From Eledone cirrhosa (lineage: Eukaryota), in the NCBI GenBank assembly GCA_964016885.1, contig OZ024757.1:19344001-19408000 (forward strand): a DNA stretch of 64,000 nucleotides. The letters are read 5' to 3'. Positions within the stretch are counted from its first letter, which is position 1. The number at the start of each line of letters is the position of its first letter. Both the position numbers and the translations under genes were made by a program. The notes beneath the pieces are model-generated. The model was not told the origin of the DNA. It ran no database searches and saw nothing but the letters and a program-made list of their open reading frames with translations. Shown piece by piece: positions 53,546 to 64,000 of this stretch.

Positions 53546-53858
53546 GGGCGGCCCTTATTTTTCAACTTTCTACAAGTTTAGCTCCCAACCCTCTAACTTG
53601 TTCCAATTAACATAAAACCAATCTATGCAAAATTTCAGCTGGGCGACCCTCCTCGACCATGAAATTCTGAAGTTTTCGCCCGGAAAAACATGTTCAGACT
53701 TATTCTTGGTATTAGAAGGATAAGTAACAATAAATATACCCCTGGAAGGCAACTTGCAAAGCTGGGGACAGCGCAAGTATAGGGCAAACACCTATTTTTC
53801 GTTGTGGGAACAGCAAAATTTTAACTTTCGGAAAATTGCCTATTGTTAAGGGGCACCC
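53546..53858. mobile_element. PIF/Harbinger (Tourist-like) MITE
   Basis: TTA|GGGCGGCCCTTA ... TAAGGGGCACCC|TAA: imperfect TIRs starting GGG with TTA/TAA flanks. Confidence 0.6.
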
Positions 53859-53917
53859 TAATATACATATATCCATATGTGGTTGACAGATGAGAGAAAT
53901 GGGTACTCGGTATTGAG

Positions 53918-53955
<38 letters not shown>

Positions 53956-54029
53956 TCTCCTTACGATCATTGCTTTCATATTTCTCCTTGCTCCCCTTTT
54001 CTCATTGTATTTGTATATAAACAAGTACT

Positions 54030-54903
54030 TAGATACAAGGAGAAAAGTACAGCTCCCATGACTTTCGGAAATATTTTTTTCATGCTCAGAGTTGCTGAAG
54101 CATGGAACAAACTGCCTGCATCAGCAGTTAGCTGTCGAGACACTGCATCCTTTAAAACATCCATGGAACAAACTACCTGCATCAGTTGTTAGCTGTCGAG
54201 ACACTATATCCTTTAAAACCTCCATGAAACAAACTATCTGCATCAGTTGTTAGCTGTCAAGACACTGCATCCTTTAAAACCTCCATGGAACAAACTGCCT
54301 GCATCAGTTGTTAGCTGTCGAGACACTGCACCCTTTAAAACCTCCATGGAACAAACTGCCTGCATCAGTTGTTAGCTGTCGGGACACTGCATCCTTTAAA
54401 ACCTCCATGGAACAAACTGCCTGCATCAGTTGTTAGCTGTCGGGACACTGCATCCTTTAAAACCACCATGGAACAAACTGCCTGCATCAGTTGCTAGCTG
54501 TCGAGACACTGCATCCTTTAAAACCTCCATGGAACAAACTACCTGCATCAGTTGCTAGCTGTCGAGACACTGCATCCTTTAAAACCTCCATGGAACAAAC
54601 TACCTGCATCAGTTGTTAGCTGTCGAGACACTGCATCCTTTAAGGCCTCCATGGAACAAACTACATGCATCAGTTGTTAGCTGTCGAGACACTGCATCCT
54701 TTAAAACCTCCATGCTTCCTGAGATTCGCCAACACTACACCTAATATTCCACCTCCATACACACGCACACATGTATATCATGACTCATACACTGTTCACT
54801 TTCCTGACATTTGTACATTATTCTATGAACTATGCATGCACCTTTGATGAGTTATAGTGCACCTGAGCACTGTACACAATAATTTCATTATTATTATTAT
54901 TAT
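54030..54903 (+). mobile_element. CR1 3' fragment with an internal 10 x 61-bp array (54101-54710)
   Basis: The unit catggaacaaactgcctgcatcagttgttagctgtcgagacactgcatcctttaaaacctc matches ~60686-60746 of the CR1 copy. CR1 sequence continues on both sides. Confidence 0.9.
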
Positions 54904-55528
54904 ACTAACCACAGAGTCACTAGACTTCTCTCTGTGTGTTGTCTTTGAATGGAAGTTGATGGGAAGGTCGACTACATCGGAACGGGAACAACAATATGTC
55001 TATTTATTTACAACATATGAATCATGGTGTGAAAAACAAAACAAAGGGAACTGCTTATACTTGTCTGACAAGGAAAGCTACCATCTTTGATCTTCCTCCT
55101 TCTGCAGTACATGCGAAGAAATACCTATGATGGCTAGTAGACAACTGATGACGGATAGTCCTGGCTTTTATTTCTAATTCTTCATTTTTATATATATCCT
55201 ATATGCAACAACACAGCTCTGCACAAAGCCAGTCCCACTCTCTTAACCAAGATGATATTTACCAAAAAGAAGAACAAGTCAACATCATTGGATACCATCA
55301 GGGTTGCAGGTGTTATATCAGAGTTTTCCTTCTAGAATTCTGCCTTGACAAAAGCTAAGGAGTCATCTCTCCCGGTGATTTTGGATGGCCATTGACTCTT
55401 AAGAGTTCCTTGGCCCTTTGACAGGTTTTGTTTTTAGTCCTGCAGGATGTCCAAAGTCACCCTCCTCACCAAGAAACCTTGGTGGGGTTGCCAGTTTAGT
55501 CGCCAATGACCCGACCATGAGACAGGTT

Positions 55529-55565
<37 letters not shown>

Positions 55566-56183
55566 TCATCATCATTATATAGTGACGTTTGCTTTGTTAT
55601 TTCTGTTTATCTTTTGCATGGGTCTCTGAGAACTACAGCCCTAGATAGGGGCAGGGTTGAGGAGATCTTGGGATTATAAGGGAAGGAATGTGACCACTAT
55701 CCTAGACCAAACCCCCTACTAAAAACAATAAAGGGAACTGAAGACAGCAGAAATTGGACTTTACTGTGACAACATTTAGTGTACATATCTTAAATAGCTT
55801 CTAGAAATATCTTAACCTTTCTAACCCCCCACCATCTCTCTCTCCCACCCCACCATCTCTCTCTATCCCACCCCACCATCTCTCCCCATCTCTCTCCCTC
55901 TTACCACCACCACCTTGCTCCCTCTTACCACCACCACCTTGCTCCCTCTTACCACCACCACCTTGCTCCAATCACTCTCTCTCTCTCCCTCCCTCCCTCT
56001 TACTCCCACCACCTCTCTCTCTCATTGTCCTTCTTACTCCCGCCATCTCTCTTTTTCAATGTCCTTCATTTTCTCTCCCTCCCTCTTGCCCATGTCTCTC
56101 TCTCTCTCTCTCTCTCTTATTGTTCCTCTCACCGTTCTTAACCCAAATTAATATAACTAATCATCATTCAGGATCACATTTCT

Positions 56184-56257
<74 letters not shown>

Positions 56258-56286
56258 AACACACACACACACACACACACACATAA

Positions 56287-56319
<33 letters not shown>

Positions 56320-57081
56320 CACGTCACAAACGGTCCTTCCACCAACACTACCACCACTACCACCACTACCTCCACCACCACTGCTACCGCCACCAGCGCC
56401 ATCACCGTCACCACCACCACCACAATCACCACCACCACCACTGCCACCACCACCACCACCACCACCACCACCACCATCACCTCTACCACCACCACTACCA
56501 CCACCAACCACACCACCACCACCACCACCACCACCACCTCTACCACCACCACCACCACCACCACCTCTACCACCACCACCACCACCACCACCTCTACCAC
56601 CACCACCACCACCACCACTAGCACCACCACCACAATCACCACCACCACCACCACCACCGCCACCACCACCTCTAGCACCACCACAACCACCCCTACCACC
56701 ATCACTACCACCACCAGTACAACTACCACCTCTACCACCACCTCTACCACCACCACCACCACCACCACCACTAGCACCCCACACACACACACCCCACTAT
56801 ACCCCACACCACCACTGCTACCACCACCGCCACTATACCCCCCCCCCACTATACCATCTAGAGAGTTCTATGAAGCCATACCAGTGACATGTAATGTCAC
56901 ACCAAACAACAATAGATTCCGAGACACAATTTATTGTCAGCAAAACAATCATCTATCGTCTGTCACTTAAATGTCGTCAGCTTCACTTCTTTTGTGTAGA
57001 TATGGTGTATATATATATATACATACATATATATACATATATATATGTATGTATATATATACATACATATATATATGTATA

Positions 57082-57137
<56 letters not shown>

Positions 57138-57464
57138 CATACATACATACATATATGCAAGACAATCACTCTTGCCTCAAGTGGGAAAACCCCCGTCCAA
57201 ACCCATGCAAGCGTGGAACACGGACGTTAAGCGTTGATGATGATATATATATATATATATATATACATACATATATATATGTATACATATATATATGTAT
57301 ACATATATATATGTATATACATACATATATATATGTATACATATATATATATATATATACATACATATATATATGTATACATATATATATACATACATAT
57401 ATATATATATACATACATATATATATATACACATACATATATATATATATATACATATATATAT

Positions 57465-57563
<99 letters not shown>

Positions 57564-57930
57564 CATATATATATGTATATATATATATATACATATATAT
57601 ATATAGTAATAATAATAAATTTGAAGACTAAAATCCAAAGAGGGCTCGATAAGGATAAATATATATCAAATATATAAGAACCGTAGAGCAATATTTTAAT
57701 AAATATATATATATATATACATATACACATATATACATATATATATATACATACACACACACACATATATACATATATATACACACGCACATACACATAT
57801 ATATATGTACATATATATATATATATATACATACACATATATATATGTATATATATATATATATATACACACATATATATATATGTATATACATATATAT
57901 ACACACACACATATATATGTATATGTATAT

Positions 57931-57995
<65 letters not shown>

Positions 57996-58017
57996 TATAT
58001 ACACACACACACATATA

Positions 58018-58135
<118 letters not shown>

Positions 58136-58139
58136 TATA

Positions 58140-58187
<48 letters not shown>

Positions 58188-58224
58188 TATATACATACAC
58201 ACACATATATATATACATACACAC

Positions 58225-58255
<31 letters not shown>

Positions 58256-58667
58256 TACACACATATATACATATACATATATATATATATGTAATAGGAA
58301 AATGTTCAAGACTCCGACAGCAGAGCTCAAGCCGTTTTGACGGCTATTTCTGGACAAGCAGGCAAAAGCAGACGTAAAATGATGATGATATATATATATT
58401 GTTTCTCTTTGTGTTGTTTGTTTGTATATTGTCTTTTCTTCTTTGTTTATTGTCTCTTGTTGTTGTTACTGTTGTTGTTATTGTCTTTTGTTCTTTGTTT
58501 TCTCTATAGAATGGATGGTTTTGTCTTCTAGAATCAGTTGGTTTTGGCCAGGTTGATATCGAAAGGGTTAATTAAAAAAAAAATCACAACATATGCATTT
58601 TATTTAAGGAAATACAGTTTTATTTAAAACGTTATATCATATGAACAAAATTTACTTAACCCTTTAT

Positions 58668-59100
58668 AATAATAATAATAATAATAATGAAAATATTGTG
58701 TACAGTGCTCAGGTGCACTACAACTCATCAAAAGTGTAATTATAGTATATATGGTAATGTACAAAAGTCAGGAAAATGAACAGAGCATGAGTCATGATAT
58801 ACACGTGTGCATGTGTATGGAAGGGGGGCATCAGGTGTAGTTTTGTCTCGGCAGCTAACAACTGATGCAGGCAGTTTGTTCCATGGAGGTTTTAAAGGAT
58901 GCAGTGTCTCGACAGCTAACAACTGAAGCAGGCAGTTTGTTCCATGGAGGTTTTAAAGGATGCAGTGTCTCGACAGCTAACAACTGACGCAGGCAGTTTG
59001 TTCCATGGAGGTTTTAAAGGATGTAGTGTCTCGACAGCTCACAACTGAAGCAGGCAGTTTGTTCCATGGAGGTTTTAAAGGATGCAGTGTCTCGACAGCT
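58668..59100 (-). mobile_element. CR1 3' fragment with ~4 x 61-bp array
   Basis: Reverse complement of the same 61-bp unit plus the CR1 3' UTR and (aat)n tail. Confidence 0.85.
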
Positions 59101-59872
59101 ATATATGCAGTATATATATGATGTTGTCTGATACAGCTTGACACAAGTGACGTCACAACTCATTTCTACAGCTGAGTAAACTGGAGCAACGTGAAATAAA
59201 GTGTCTTGCTCAAGGACACAACACATCACCCAGTCCGAGAATCAAACTCACAGCCTCTCAATTGCAAGCCCAATGCTCTAACCACTAAGCCATGTGCCTT
59301 CATGAGATTTTGATGTTATTTATTTTGAGAACAATACCTTAACATCAGTATGAGTGGTCAGTTATAGCCGGACATGACAGGTTTAAATCCTAAGGGGTTA
59401 GGGAGATATGTTAGTCTCAGAAAAGTGTCCAGCTTTAAAAGAATAGTTTATTTCACAACATGCAAGGAAATTTTCATCATCATCATCATCATCATAATCA
59501 TAACTATTATTATCATTGCCATCATCATCATCAATATCATCATCATCATCATCATCAATATTATCTTCGTCATAAACAATAGTATCACCACCACCATCAT
59601 CACCATCACCACCACCACCACCATCATCATCACCACCACCACCATCATCACCACCACCATCATCACCACCATCATCATCACCACCACCATCATCATCACC
59701 ACCATCATCACCACCACCACCATCATCATCACCACCACCATCACCACCACCACCATCATCACCACCACCACCACCATCATCATCATCACCGCCACCATCA
59801 TCATCACCACCACCATCATCATCATCACCACCACCATCATCATCAACACCACCACCCCCATCATCACCATCC

Positions 59873-59905
<33 letters not shown>

Positions 59906-60210
59906 ACATCACCACCATCACCATCACCATGACCACCATCAACACCACCATCATCATCAACACCACCATCATCACCACCATCATCATCACCATTACCATC
60001 GCCATCATCACCATCATGTTCCCACAACTGGTGTTGCCAGTTGATGGGGCGCCACACACACACGTACACACAGACAGACACAGACACACGTACACACACA
60101 CGTACAAAAACAGACACACACGTACGTACACACGCACACATACAAAGACACACACGTACAGACAGACACACACACACACACAGACACACACGTACACACA
60201 CATACATACA

Positions 60211-61057
60211 ACGATTTGCGTTGGACAAAGCATGTCTCTAAGATTGCCAAGAAGGCCGAGGGTGTCTTGGCATCACTCAGCAAGACCTTTGTTAGCCGCT
60301 CTCCAGCCATCTATTTAAAACTGTATACAGCTATGGTGCGACCACACTTGGAATTCGCATCATCAGTCTGGAACCCCTATCTTGCTCGGAACATTGACCT
60401 CCTGGAAACTGTTCAGAGACGTGCAACCAAGCGCATACCCTCCATCAGACACCTACCATACTCTGAACGCCTTGCTTCCCTGGGCATGGATTCATTGAAG
60501 CTCCGACGTCTGGCAGTGGACTTGGTGAATACCCACAAAGTTTTTAACCATCTCGCCAACTGCAACCCTGAGCGCCTCTTTGATCTCCATGTATCTAACA
60601 CACGTGGACATGCCTACAAGATAAGAAAACAGCACAGCTCCCATGACTTTCGCAGACATTTTTTCACGCTCAGAGTTGCTGAAACATGGAACAAACTGCC
60701 TGCGTCAATTGTTAGCTGCCGAGACACTGCATCCTTTAAGACACTCATGCTTCCCGAAATACGCCAAAACTACACCTGATGTGCCCCTTCCATACACATG
60801 CACACATGTGTGCACTGTTAATTTTACTGATGTTTGTGCATTGCCCTATGTACTGTACATGCACTTTTTTGATGGGTTGTGGTGCACCTGGGCACTGTGC
60901 ACAATATTTCATTATTGTTATTGTTATTATATCATGACTCATACACTGTTTATTTTCCTGACATTTGTACATTATTCTATGTACTATACATGCACCTTTG
61001 ATGAGTTGTAGTGCACCTGAGCACTGTACACAATAATTTCATTATTATTATTATTAT
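60211..61057 (+). mobile_element. 5'-truncated CR1-clade LINE (ORF2 C-terminus plus 3' UTR, with the UTR end present twice)
   Basis: LYTAMVRPHLEFASSVWNP...LETVQRRATK...TRGH...FFTLRVAETWNKLP; 3' UTR ending gtgcacctgagcactgtacacaataatttc(att)n. Confidence 0.9.
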
Positions 61058-61954
61058 ACGTACACAAACACACACACTGACACACACATAGACCGACACA
61101 CACACACACACATAGACCGACACACACACACACATAGACCGACACACTCACACACACACGCACACAAATACACACACACACACACGTACACAGACAGACG
61201 CACACACACACATACACACAGACACACACAGGCACACACACGTACACAGACATATACGCATATATATATATATATACACAGACAATCACACACGTACACA
61301 CACACACATACGTATACACACACACACACACACACACGTACACAAATACAAACACACAGGTAGACAAACAGACACACAGACAGACAAAGTTTTGGACATC
61401 TGACCTTCTGATCAGCAAGACATCGATAATTCTTTGATTGATATTTTATTTTATTTATTTTTATCTTAATTTATCGATCTGTAAATATCTGTATTTGACC
61501 TCAACTTTTTGACCTCATTATTTCTCTCTTGCCCTCAAATGACCCCTCCCTGTCTGTCTGTGTGTATAACTGTGTGTGTGTCTGTATGTGTGTCTGCATA
61601 TGCGTATGTCTGTTTGTGTGTCTGCATGTGTGTATGTGTGTATAACTGTGTCTATGTGTATGTCTGTGTGTTTTTGTGAGTTTGTGTGTGTCAGTGTGTG
61701 TATGTATGTGTATTTACAATCCCAGACACATAAATATATATATGAATATATGAAATGATAAATCTGTGTATATATACTTCGGACCTAGCTGTCGAAACGG
61801 CTGGAGCTCAGCCATCGGGGTCCTGAATCTTTTCCTATTACCCACTCTACTACCCTAAGTATTGAGTTCTCTGGTGAGTTATGGTCCATCTGGTTCCTTA
61901 CAGCAGTTTCTTTGTTCTTTGTTATATATATATATAACACACACACACACTCAC

Positions 61955-62536
<582 letters not shown>

Positions 62537-62786
62537 TAGATGCACATAAATATATGAATATATATCTATATATACATACATACGCACAAATATATGAATA
62601 TATATACACATACATCCATACATATATGCTCCGAAATCATTAGATGTGTCCGTCGAACGTGCGGGTCCAGAATCAGACAGGTCCACACAATGATCGCGTC
62701 TCAAGCTATCCGCCGGGGAAACAATTGTAACACACAATAAATTGAGTTCAGATGCATCACTGATTTTTCGTTTTCTATTCTATATG

Positions 62787-63100
62787 TATCATCATCATCA
62801 TACGTCCGCTTTTCCCTGCCTGCAAGGGTGGGACGGGTCTTATTCAGCACAGCATCTCTCCACTTGTCACGGTCCTTCGTCATCTCCACCGTGAGCTTCA
62901 GCGATCTGAGGTCTGTTCGCACCACCTCCGCCCATGTTTTTCGTGGTCTACCTCTACCACGTCTTCCTTCAACTGGCATTTCCTGGCACTTCTTCACCCA
63001 TCAGTCATCCTCCATGTGCATCACATGTCCATACCACCTCAGTCTCCTCTCTCACACACTACATTCTATCCCTCTCAGACACAGTTTCTCTCTCGACACA
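62787..63100 (-). mobile_element. RTE LINE 3' fragment, close copy of 16022-16470
   Basis: Same GRRGRGRPRKTWAEVVRTDLRSLKLT...DRDKWR peptide and the same 3' tail. Confidence 0.9.
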
Positions 63101-63170
63101 TTTATATATATATATATATATATACATAGACATACATATATATATACATACAAATACACACAAACTCTCT

Positions 63171-63217
<47 letters not shown>

Positions 63218-64000
63218 GTAGCCATATTCATGCACATGTACGCATAAGAGATGATGTGCAGTGATGCATAAACTGGTGTGTGCATCTATTCCTGTTCCTG
63301 GTTTTGGTTGAATGATGTCGCTGGTGTATAACTTTATAGAGAGATTCTACCACTACAACAGCAGCAACTACTACCACCACTACCACTAACACTACCACTA
63401 CAAAAGCAACAACTACTACCACCACTACCACTACAACAGCAACAACTACTACCACTACTACCACTACAACAGCAACAACTACTACTACCACTACAACAGC
63501 AACAACTACTACCACTACTACCACTACAAAAGCAACAACTACTACCACCACTACCACTACAACAGCAACAACTACTACCACTACTACCACTACAACAGCA
63601 ACAACTACTACCACTACTACCACTACAACAGCAACAACTACTACCACCACTATCACTAGCACTACAACAGCAACAACAACTACCACCACTACCACTAGCA
63701 CCACTACCACTACAACAGCAACAGCTACTACCACTAGCACTATCACTACAACAGCAACTACTACCACCACCACCACTACCACCACTACCACCACTACCAC
63801 CACTACTACCACCACTACCACCACCACTAGCACTGCAACAACTACAACAACAACTACCACCACTACCACTACAACAGCAACAACTACCACCACCACTACT
63901 ACAACAACAGCAACTACAACAGCAACAACCACAACAACAACAATAACAACAGCCACCACCACCATCGCCACAATACCAACAACAGCCACCACCACCACAA

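Noticed and set aside
54910-55198. Possible small minus-strand exons (54910-54971 and 55125-55198) with AG/GT boundaries
   Set aside because: The frames are open, but the peptides do not resemble the expected CCDC180 neighbours and the acceptors are weak; unsupported without RNA data.

Overview
AT-rich, repeat-dense animal genomic DNA. The microsatellite load and SINE repertoire suggest an octopus or other coleoid cephalopod (inference). Almost all supplied ORFs are artefacts of simple or tandem repeats. Two host coding exons are recognisable: the terminal exon of a RASAL2/DAB2IP/SynGAP-family RasGAP (+, 18649-18904) and an isolated 177-nt CCDC180-like exon (-, 47196-47372) that the ORF track misses. 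Two or three phase-compatible candidate alternative exons lie upstream of the RasGAP exon. The rest is transposon debris: DD37D/maT, piggyBac- and Harbinger-type MITEs, RTE, CR1, R4/Dong-, CRE- and Vingi-like LINE ends, and two tRNA-derived SINE families. Two patterns stand out. (1) At least 8 type-I hammerhead ribozyme motifs of the Penelope-like-element kind, several inside long fold-back palindromes, plus two palindromes centred on a hammerhead stem II loop. (2) About ten minisatellite arrays, each expanded from a short segment of a transposon, mostly in place. All family assignments come from recalled motifs, not database searches.
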